From Candidatus Hermodarchaeota archaeon (GTDB lineage Archaea; Asgardarchaeota; Lokiarchaeia; Sigyniarchaeales; SOKP01), in the NCBI GenBank assembly GCA_048885535.1, contig JBHLLO010000039.1:1-26098 (forward strand): a stretch of 26,098 nucleotides of DNA, written 5' to 3'. A program made the position numbers and the translations under genes. The notes beneath the pieces are model-generated. The model made no database searches and was not told the origin of the DNA. It saw nothing but the letters and a program-made list of their open reading frames with translations. Shown here piece after piece: positions 8,742-16,642 of the stretch (its first letter is position 1; each line of letters opens with the position of its first letter).

Positions 8742-10052
8742 ATGAATTTGATGATCTTAAATTTGCCATCTACCTTAGAAAAAATTCGAGTTTTGGGAGA
8801 AAATTCTAAATATGATATATGTGCTAGCACTGCTTCCAGTCGTACAAAAAAATATCCAAAATTATTTGGAGATTCAAAGAAATGGATAGGTGCTACAGCA
8901 AATGCTGGAATTTGCCATAGCTATACACCTGATGGGCGCTGTATGAGTCTTTTCAAAACGTTGTATACCAATAAATGTATTTATAATTGTAAGTACTGTT
9001 TTTCTCACAGTTGTAAGCAAAAAATGAGCTTTACGCCAGAGGAATATGCTCGTACTTTCATGAAATTATATTCAATGAACGTGGTAGAAGGCGTATTTAT
9101 TTCATCAGCAGTGTGTGGTAGTGCTGATGAAACCACAGAAGACATGTTAGAAGCAATTAAACTTTTAAGATTCAAATATAAATTTCAGGGATACATCCAC
9201 TTTAAGTGTTTACCTGGGGTAAGTCAATACCTACTTAAAGAAGCTATATCTTTGGCTGATCGCATTTCTATTAACTCAGAGGCATCAAGCAAGGAGCATC
9301 TTACCGAAATTGCTGAACAAAAGGACTTTAATAATGATATTTTAACACGTCAAAAATGGATTAAACAAATTAGGATTAAACACAATAGAGATACTCTAAA
9401 AGTCTTGAAAGATTTAAAAGAAGATTTTAAGCTCAATTTTCAGGAAAAAATGATTGAAACTCATCGAAAGGATGGATATAAAAGTTTTCGTTGGGATGGC
9501 GCTCCCATTCTAAATAGTGGTCAAACTACCCAGTTTGTTGTAGGTGCTAATGAGAATGAAACTGACTACGATTTACTTAAAAGAATTGACTGGGGATATA
9601 AAGAAATTGACCTCAGACGTGCTTATTTCTCTTCATTTATACCCATAGAGGGCACTCCCTTACAAGATAGGCAAGCAACTCCACTAACAAGAGAGCACAA
9701 ATTATATCAATGTGATTGGCTCTTGAGGATATATCATTATACATTAAGAGAATTAAAAGAAATAATTACAGATGAGGGAAATTTACCAGATGGAGATCCA
9801 AAGATGCATTTGGCAAGACAATATTTTAGGGAGTTTGGACCAATTGATCCAAACATTGCTTCATATTATGATTTACTTCGTATACCTGGTATTGGCCCAA
9901 TTTCTGCTAAAAGAATTATTAATCTAAGGGCTAAAAAATTCAAATTCAAGAGTCGTGCTGAGTTAAAATCTGTTGGAGTGGTACTTAAAAGGGCAGATTC
10001 TTTTATTTTGTTAAATGGACAAAATCAGAAAACCTTAACTAGCTTTGTTTAA
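8742..10052 (+). CDS. Putative DNA modification/repair radical SAM protein with helix-hairpin-helix (TIGR03916-like)
   Basis: KYDICAS, GICHSYTPDGRC.SLFKTL, CxxxCxxC (CIYNCKYC), GYIHFK, GQTTQFVVGA, REHKLYQCDWLLRIY, DPK, and HhH LLRIPGIGPISAKRII. Confidence 0.92.
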   Translation: MNLMILNLPSTLEKIRVLGENSKYDICASTASSRTKKYPKLFGDSKKWIGATANAGICHSYTPDGRCMSLFKTLYTNKCIYNCKYCFSHSCKQKMSFTPEEYARTFMKLYSMNVVEGVFISSAVCGSADETTEDMLEAIKLLRFKYKFQGYIHFKCLPGVSQYLLKEAISLADRISINSEASSKEHLTEIAEQKDFNNDILTRQKWIKQIRIKHNRDTLKVLKDLKEDFKLNFQEKMIETHRKDGYKSFRWDGAPILNSGQTTQFVVGANENETDYDLLKRIDWGYKEIDLRRAYFSSFIPIEGTPLQDRQATPLTREHKLYQCDWLLRIYHYTLRELKEIITDEGNLPDGDPKMHLARQYFREFGPIDPNIASYYDLLRIPGIGPISAKRIINLRAKKFKFKSRAELKSVGVVLKRADSFILLNGQNQKTLTSFV

Positions 10053-10072
10053 GATTTTTATAATCATAATTA

Positions 10073-10753
10073 ATGTTAAATAAAATGAAAGAAAAAAAAT
10101 TCAAAGACCCATTAGAAGTAATGGGGTGTGCAAAAGGCTATTCTCGTGAAGAATTAGTTAAAAATCTGAAGAGACATGCTCGATTTACATCAAAATTAAT
10201 CAGACAAATTAATGAGATACCTGATGTTGTTTTACGCAATTTAGGAACGCCTCAAGCAAGAAAGATTAATAGAATGATGCGAGAAGTATTTACTGAAGCT
10301 TACAGAGCAAAACAGTTTACTCGAACAGAAATAAATAATCGTGGTGTATTATATGGGGTAGTATTTCTAAAACATCAAGTTATTGATTTTGTGTTAAAAT
10401 ATTTTCATGAAAGATGGTCTGAATGTGTTATTTGTCTTTATAATGAATATAATAAAATTACTAGCACTATTAATGAAAGAGGTGAAATACAAGAAATTAA
10501 ATTGCCCTTAATGGTGGTTGTTGATCAAATTAGTAAAGATCGACCCATAATTCCATACTTCGAAGATATTCAATTTTCTGGAAACGAAATATTTGAGACT
10601 TTATATAAATCTCAATTTATTAAGGAGAGAGAAAATAATTCATACTATAAAAAAATGATTCCAAAGCAGTGCTTTGAGCTACCTGGTCTGAGGAAAGGAA
10701 TTGAAAGAAAACATTGGCAGAAATACAGAAGCCTTGATTCCTTCTATAAATAA
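10073..10753 (+). CDS. DUF4130 domain protein (TIGR03915-like partner of the radical SAM)
   Basis: REVFTEAYRAKQFTR resembles the V.RE.HR.K.F.RF motif. Also H.V....KYFHERW and LYKSQFIKEREN...MIPK. It starts 20 nt downstream of the TIGR03916-like gene. Confidence 0.75.
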   Translation: MLNKMKEKKFKDPLEVMGCAKGYSREELVKNLKRHARFTSKLIRQINEIPDVVLRNLGTPQARKINRMMREVFTEAYRAKQFTRTEINNRGVLYGVVFLKHQVIDFVLKYFHERWSECVICLYNEYNKITSTINERGEIQEIKLPLMVVVDQISKDRPIIPYFEDIQFSGNEIFETLYKSQFIKERENNSYYKKMIPKQCFELPGLRKGIERKHWQKYRSLDSFYK

Positions 10754-10790
10754 GGCAAGAAGTTTTTAAAAAGATTAAAAAAATTAGTTC

Positions 10791-10910
10791 TTATTTTCTC
10801 TTTCTTTTTCTTAGTTGATATAGGACTACCAATCCTATAATTGTACCTCCACCCACCACTGAAACAGTAGAAGTAAAATCTACAACATCACGAAGAATGA
10901 ATGGAAACAT
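10791..10910 (-). CDS. Small single-pass membrane peptide, 39 aa (not in ORF track)
   Basis: Hand translation gives MFPFILRDVVDFTSTVSVVGGGTIIGLVVLYQLRKRKRK*: ATG start, hydrophobic segment, basic tail, and T-runs after the stop. Confidence 0.6.
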   Translation of the reverse strand: MFPFILRDVVDFTSTVSVVGGGTIIGLVVLYQLRKRKRK

Positions 10911-11100
10911 TTTGTGGATAAAAAAAGAGAAGTATTTTGTCTTCTGAGTCTATAATGTTGAAGTGTACTCTGACAAGAGTACTTTTAAACCTTGTGGGTA
11001 CAAAAGATATTTTAAAAATATAATCTGTTTTAAAATTTTTAATTAATAAAATCAAACCTTTTATGAATTCCTTATTTTCTATAATATAGTACAAAAGAAG

Positions 11101-11892
11101 ATGGTAAAATTAATGGAACCAAAAGTTATTTCATTTAGTGGAAAAGGAGGGGTTGGAAAATCAACCTTACTTGTGTTGATGTTAAAATACATTCTAGAGA
11201 CTAAACAATTTGAGAACATCCTCGTAATTGATGCTGATCCTGATGCGAATATTGGAGATATGGTTGGTAAAGAAATAAAATTTGGAGAAACTGTGGGGGG
11301 AAAAATGACCAAATTGCAGGAGAGAATCCAAAACCGTGAAATTCCATTAGATGTTTCGAAAAATCAGATTATTGAGTCAGAAGTATTTGAGGCTTTAATA
11401 GAAATGGATGATTTTGACTTGATCGAGATGGGAAGAGGGGAAGGAGAAGGTTGTTACTGCAGTGTTAATAATTCTTTGAAACGTATAATTGACGTCTTAG
11501 CTAAAAATTATGATATTGTTTTGATTGATGCTCCAGCAGGTTTAGAATATTTTGCACGAAAAACTGGTCAGGATGTAACGGATTTGATTATTGTAACAGA
11601 TCCGAGTAAAATGGGTTTTCATACGATGGAACGGATAGTAGAAGTAAGTAATGAAGTTAAATTAAAATTTAAACAAATTTTAATAATCGGAAATAGATTC
11701 TCGAAAGATTTAGTTAGCATAATTTCAAAACGAGTTCTAAATGTCAATGATGATAGGGTAAAATTCTTAGGAATATTGCCTTATGATGAAGAAATAAGTA
11801 AATTTAATCTTACAGGAAATAATCTATTGGAATTAGAAAAAGATAATAAAATGTATATAGAAGCAAAAAAATTATATGCAAAAGTTATCTAA
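11101..11892 (+). CDS. cooC: CooC/AcsF-type nickel-insertion ATPase (MinD/ParA superfamily)
   Basis: Deviant Walker A GKGGVGKS, IDADPDAN, Ni-binding GEGCYC, DAPAGLEYFARK. The start may be the ATG at 11113. Confidence 0.85.
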   Translation: MVKLMEPKVISFSGKGGVGKSTLLVLMLKYILETKQFENILVIDADPDANIGDMVGKEIKFGETVGGKMTKLQERIQNREIPLDVSKNQIIESEVFEALIEMDDFDLIEMGRGEGEGCYCSVNNSLKRIIDVLAKNYDIVLIDAPAGLEYFARKTGQDVTDLIIVTDPSKMGFHTMERIVEVSNEVKLKFKQILIIGNRFSKDLVSIISKRVLNVNDDRVKFLGILPYDEEISKFNLTGNNLLELEKDNKMYIEAKKLYAKVI

Positions 11893-11968
11893 TCCTATTT
11901 AGTTAAAGAAAGTCTTTGAGTTTATTTGGAATTTGCTTTTTTAACTTGAGAGTAAATATAGAACGTTC

Positions 11969-12781
11969 TTATTCCTGTCTATAGACAGGAACGATTTTTG
12001 AAGTGAAGTCTTCAAGAGTATAAGGGAATTCATCCTCGCTTGAGATTTTCCCCAATTCCAACATAACTTGTCTTGCTAATAACCAAAATGCTAAACCCAA
12101 TGCTTTTTTGCCACGATTATTTGCAGGAACAGCAAGATCAATTCCATCAAGAATATCATCAGTATCAAATAAAGAGACTACTGGAATACGTGCCAATTTG
12201 GCTTCACGAAGGATAACTTTATCTGCATGAGGATCTACAATAACAACGACAGAAGCATCTTTGATATAATCATCAATCTGTGGATTAGTTAATGAGCCAG
12301 GTATAAATCTATCAACAATAGCTTTGCATCCTAAAGCTTCACAAAATTTTCGGACTGGTTCTTTACCATATCTCCTAACGGATGTTACAATTACACGATC
12401 ACTTCCTTCTTCGATATATTTACTTAAAAATTTCGCAGCAATTTTTAACCTCTCATCTGTCTTTGTTAAATCGATAACATATAGTCCGTAATTAGTCTGC
12501 CTATAAATAAATCTCCGTGCATCTCCAGATAACAATTTCGTTCCAATATGTATCCCACAACTCAAATATAGTTGTTTTTGTTCTTCATCTTTATCAATAA
12601 TTTTTTGAGCAGTAATATCGTCTTCTTCAATACTTTCAGCATCAAGTAGGTCTAGTTCTTCAACTAGATCGAGATCCTCTTCGAAGTCTTCAACAAAATC
12701 TTCTTCAAATTCATTATCTTCTATCTTTTCCTTTGTTTCTGTTTTTTTAGCATCATCAGTTTTTTTCTTCTTTTTAGCCAA
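11969..12781 (-). CDS. rps2: 30S ribosomal protein uS2 (archaeal type) with charged N-terminal extension
   Basis: YLSCGIHIGTK, YVIDLTKTDERL, RFIPGSLTNPQ, IPVVSLFDTD, PANNRGKKALGLAFWLLARQV. TTG start. Confidence 0.95.
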   Translation of the reverse strand: MAKKKKKTDDAKKTETKEKIEDNEFEEDFVEDFEEDLDLVEELDLLDAESIEEDDITAQKIIDKDEEQKQLYLSCGIHIGTKLLSGDARRFIYRQTNYGLYVIDLTKTDERLKIAAKFLSKYIEEGSDRVIVTSVRRYGKEPVRKFCEALGCKAIVDRFIPGSLTNPQIDDYIKDASVVVIVDPHADKVILREAKLARIPVVSLFDTDDILDGIDLAVPANNRGKKALGLAFWLLARQVMLELGKISSEDEFPYTLEDFTSKIVPVYRQE

Positions 12782-12969
12782 GATATAACCCTAAAAGTTA
12801 ATAAATTAATAAGTTAATTAAATAATCTCAAATATATTAAATAAAATACTATAATTTTAATATTTTATTAAAAGAAGTCAATGATCTGCTTTAGAACTAA
12901 AGAATTAAAATATCATATTAATTTCTATTTATAGTAAATTTCATAAATATTTAAAATATGGTTTAAACT

Positions 12970-13458
12970 ATGGTCTCATACCGATTGGTAATTGGAATCA
13001 TTGTAGGGATAATTTTCAGTTTTTTCACTGCTTTATTTTTTGATATGGATGGCATTCTTCCAGTTATCCAAGTTACAGCCGGATCCGATTTTTTAAAAAT
13101 AGTTACTATATTAAGCGGTTGGAACTTTGAATATGATATCATTTCTTTTTTCATTGAGAGCCCTTCTATTGTTGAATTTTTCGCTCCTCAGCTATTAGCT
13201 TGTATTTTTGTTGGATATTTAAGTGGATCTATTTCAAAGGGATTTAAAAGAGGATTAATTGCAAGTTCATTAGTTACTGCGGTGAATTTAGCAATTTGGA
13301 TGCTACTTAGTGTGTTGTTAGGTGAAGATTTAGCAGCATTATTTCAAGGGGCTCAATTGATTGCTACAGTAGGAGGGATTCTAAGTGCATTAATTGGAGC
13401 TATTCTAGGAGGAATTACTGGTGGCTTAATTAGTGGTCCTTACGAAGAAGTTTATTAA
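12970..13458 (+). CDS. Hypothetical integral membrane protein, about 4 TM helices, Gly-rich
   Basis: Several hydrophobic helices with GxxxG repeats (GGILSALIGAILGGITGGLISG). Confidence 0.75.
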   Translation: MVSYRLVIGIIVGIIFSFFTALFFDMDGILPVIQVTAGSDFLKIVTILSGWNFEYDIISFFIESPSIVEFFAPQLLACIFVGYLSGSISKGFKRGLIASSLVTAVNLAIWMLLSVLLGEDLAALFQGAQLIATVGGILSALIGAILGGITGGLISGPYEEVY

Positions 13459-13556
13459 TATAGAAATTATGATTTTATTAGTAAATTAAATTGTTTTTGC
13501 CTTATTTATGAAATTGTAGCTAAACCTTAAAGCTTATTCTTAATATATAAAAAGTA

Positions 13557-14090
13557 ATGGATAATACTCAGATTTTGCCATCTAGGGAATTTGCGTTTGA
13601 ATTTTTAAAAAAAATGAAAGTTCCATATCATGTCAGGCGTCATTCTCTTAAAGTTACAGATAAGGCTTTAGAAATAGCAGAAAAAATAACAAAAATTGAA
13701 GTTGATGTTAATTTAATTGAAATCGGGGCATTACTACACGATGTTGGCAGGGCAAAAACACATGGATTTAAACATGCAATAATAGGAGCACAAATATTAA
13801 GAGAACATGGCTTTCCTGAGAAACTTGCAAGAATCTGTGAAACCCATATCTTAGGTGGATTAGATAAAATCGATGCTGTCAGTGTTAATCTGCCTGAAAG
13901 AGATTTTTTACCTCAATCTATTGAAGAAAAAATAATTTGTTTGGCTGATAAACATATGGCTGGAACTCGAGAAGTGTCTATTAAACAAAGATTTGACAAG
14001 TGGTTCCTAAAGTATGGAAAGACAGAGATACTTATAAAAGCTAAGAAGAGAATTGAAGACATTCAAGATGAGTTGAAAAGTTTAATGTAA
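13557..14090 (+). CDS. HD-domain phosphohydrolase (HDIG / TIGR00295-like)
   Basis: RHSLKV, GALLHDVGR, HGFKHAIIGA, CETHILGG, EEKIICLADK. Confidence 0.88.
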   Translation: MDNTQILPSREFAFEFLKKMKVPYHVRRHSLKVTDKALEIAEKITKIEVDVNLIEIGALLHDVGRAKTHGFKHAIIGAQILREHGFPEKLARICETHILGGLDKIDAVSVNLPERDFLPQSIEEKIICLADKHMAGTREVSIKQRFDKWFLKYGKTEILIKAKKRIEDIQDELKSLM

Positions 14091-14165
14091 TACAGATTTA
14101 CTTGTTTTTTAGTGGTGTTGTTATGAAGATCTGATATAAGTGATTTAGATTATTAAATAAATTTG

Positions 14166-15470
14166 TCAATTCTTCAATTTTTCATAATCCTTATCAATAA
14201 ATAATATTACTTGTTTTGTAATCTGACAAGCATTAGATAAAATTTTGGGATCTACTTTATCTGGAGTATCAATTTCGTTATGTGCAAATTTGATAGCGTC
14301 TCGAGTTATAATATCAATCGCATTATACTTCCTAAGATGAAACGGTACGGTATCAGTGTGTGCTCCAGTTGATAAGTGAAAAGTTTTAATAACTAAATTC
14401 TCTTTTAATGCTGCCTTTTCAAAATATTTTCCTAAGAGAGGAGATAATATTCTTCTAGGTAATACACCATAAGATTTTATATATTGAACGTAATTATTTT
14501 TTGCTTCTGGTGCTGATACCATATCAAAATTAATATGAAAGACTTTTCCTTTATCGAATATTTCCTCATATTTTTTTACAAAAAATCTAGATCCCATTGT
14601 CCCCAATTCTTCTGCTGAAAATTGGCAAAACCATAAATTAAAATTCTCTAAGGGACATGTTTGGAAGTAATCACTTAATTCAAAAACAATCGCCATACCT
14701 GAACCATTATCATTTGCTCCTGGTGATTTATTATCAGTATATAAAAACATTAAGGCTATATTTGATATTGAGATAAAGACCACTATAATCCAGATGAAAG
14801 GTTCTATAAATGAAAATTCAAAGTTAAAAATTTTTATTTTAACCAAAGGTAGCATTGAAAATCTCATCCACTCCACATAGATGATTTGCAGAATATAGAG
14901 TATTCCAAAAATTATTCCACTAAATAACCAAATCTTGTATACTATAATGCGCCAATAGGTTCTGAAGGTTTGAGATTTAGAATCTAAATGAGCGGAAATA
15001 ATGATATTTCCAACGCTTTCATTTTCATTTTTTGATGGAATTTCTACGAATACATTTGTTGCTTCTATTTTATTTCCAAAATATTCACCCCAAAATCCTG
15101 GATTTTCTGGAAATTTAATCCCATTATAAATTAAGTGAACAAGAATAGCCATAATCCCGATAAATAAAATTTTTATGTAGAAAAAAATATATCCAAAGAA
15201 AAATAGGAATAGAATAGAAGTAAGACTCATGATTGAGATAAATTGAATCATAGTTGTAGAGTAAAAATCTGAAAAAGTAAAGTTTTGTTTATGAATGTGA
15301 TCTTTATTATGTCCAATTTTTCTGAATGTTTTATAGCATATATCAACAGCTTGTCTTTCTCCCATTGTACCAGCTAACCTTGGAAAGCTGAATAGCTTAA
15401 CATACTCAAATAATTTTGTAATATTAAAAAATCCTTTTTCACGGGATTGGTTTTGATCAGTTTTATTCAA
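14166..15470 (-). CDS. M28 family metallopeptidase with transmembrane insertions
   Basis: FPRLAGT, SAHLDS, PGANDNGSG, AEELG, NFDMV, HTDTVPF, AHNEIDT, plus two hydrophobic hairpins. Confidence 0.85.
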   Translation of the reverse strand: MNKTDQNQSREKGFFNITKLFEYVKLFSFPRLAGTMGERQAVDICYKTFRKIGHNKDHIHKQNFTFSDFYSTTMIQFISIMSLTSILFLFFFGYIFFYIKILFIGIMAILVHLIYNGIKFPENPGFWGEYFGNKIEATNVFVEIPSKNENESVGNIIISAHLDSKSQTFRTYWRIIVYKIWLFSGIIFGILYILQIIYVEWMRFSMLPLVKIKIFNFEFSFIEPFIWIIVVFISISNIALMFLYTDNKSPGANDNGSGMAIVFELSDYFQTCPLENFNLWFCQFSAEELGTMGSRFFVKKYEEIFDKGKVFHINFDMVSAPEAKNNYVQYIKSYGVLPRRILSPLLGKYFEKAALKENLVIKTFHLSTGAHTDTVPFHLRKYNAIDIITRDAIKFAHNEIDTPDKVDPKILSNACQITKQVILFIDKDYEKLKN

Positions 15471-15546
15471 TTTTTTCAGAAGGCTGCTTTAACTTTTAAA
15501 ATAAATCTTATTATGTTCTACAACTAAATAAATTAAATTTCCCATA

Positions 15547-16179
15547 TTAAACTTTAATCCTCTTTTCCTTTAATTTTTGTAACACTATTTCTTGTATCTT
15601 TTGTTGGACAAATTCAATAATTTCATTTGTGTCAATAATAAAGTATCCCTCTTCTTTTGCCCGTTCAAGGTAAAGGTTTCTTACTTTGTTTAAAAAGGTA
15701 TCATTCTCAAATTTTTCAAAGCTAGTTGGCTTTCTTGCTAAAGATATCTCAGGATCAATATCTAATATAATAGTCAAATCTGCTTTTCCAACAAATTTAT
15801 TTATTATTTTTACCCAGTCAATTGAAATTTCATCTGATTGTATTGATTGATATACTATTGATGATTCAATATATCTGTCAGAAATAACAATAAAGCCTTT
15901 AGATAGATATTTTTTAATTTCCATTCTATAGTGAAGGTCTCTATCGGCTGCAAACATCAGAGCATCCGTAGTTGGTGGAATATTTTGATTTTTAAGGTTT
16001 TTCCTTATTAATTGGCCTATTTCACTGTCTGAAGGTTCTTTAGTTAAATGAACTTTAAGACCCATTGATTCTAAAAAGCCATATAGAAGTTTACTATGAG
16101 TCGTAGTACCCGAGCCATCAATTCCATCTAATACGATAAATAGGGAATTGATTTTATTAAGCTTATTAATACTATTCAT
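15547..16179 (-). CDS. tmk: Thymidylate kinase
   Basis: DGIDGSGTTT, TKEPS, MFAADRDLH, VISDRYIESSIVYQ, EKFE. Confidence 0.92.
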   Translation of the reverse strand: MNSINKLNKINSLFIVLDGIDGSGTTTHSKLLYGFLESMGLKVHLTKEPSDSEIGQLIRKNLKNQNIPPTTDALMFAADRDLHYRMEIKKYLSKGFIVISDRYIESSIVYQSIQSDEISIDWVKIINKFVGKADLTIILDIDPEISLARKPTSFEKFENDTFLNKVRNLYLERAKEEGYFIIDTNEIIEFVQQKIQEIVLQKLKEKRIKV

Positions 16180-16313
16180 TTTTTTGCACTTTAGTCATTA
16201 TAAGAATTACTTAACTTCTTGTAATCCAAAAAGAATTCATTTTATAAAAAGCAACTTAAATTATTAATTTATATTCATCTCAAAAAAGGCATGATAATTG
16301 ACTTAAAGATTTC

Positions 16314-16577
16314 TTAAATCCTTTGTGAAGCCTGCACATAGATCCTACACCTTATACTAAATATAAAACTTTCATGAAGAGAGAAAATACCTTTGCCTTT
16401 TTCTTTACGTAAATAATCTCTGTTTCCAGATAAAAATTCACAAACTCTAAAGTATATTCTATCATTTTCAAGCCAAATTTTATCAACCAATAAATTAAGA
16501 TCAATATTAGTTTCATGACTGTATACATGAAATGAAGTTATTTTTTCCGTTTTCAACTCCTCAGAGGTAGTAATCAT
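16314..16577 (-). CDS. Hypothetical protein (87 aa)
   Basis: ATG ORF filling the gap between tyrA and tmk on the same strand. No recognised motif. Confidence 0.6.
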   Translation of the reverse strand: MITTSEELKTEKITSFHVYSHETNIDLNLLVDKIWLENDRIYFRVCEFLSGNRDYLRKEKGKGIFSLHESFIFSIRCRIYVQASQRI

Positions 16578-16642
16578 AAAAAATTATATAGATAATTATA
16601 AGAACTACACTCTTTAATTTGAATTAAAAGGATATGCTCTTG

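Noticed and set aside
10888-11094. 68-aa minus-strand ORF from the track, including possible TGA read-through into a Cys-rich tail (selenoprotein idea)
   Set aside because: It has a TTG start, low-complexity intergenic composition and covers the cooC promoter. No selenoprotein homology or SECIS was seen, and the overlapping 39-aa ATG frame is more protein-like.
12889-12902. Palindrome CTTTAG-AA-CTAAAG and AT-only dyads upstream of rps2
   Set aside because: Short and in extremely AT-rich DNA, so expected by chance, and no second copy was noticed.
14123-14150. ATGAAGA/CTGA as a box C/D sRNA
   Set aside because: The boxes are adjacent with no guide spacing and no terminal D box.
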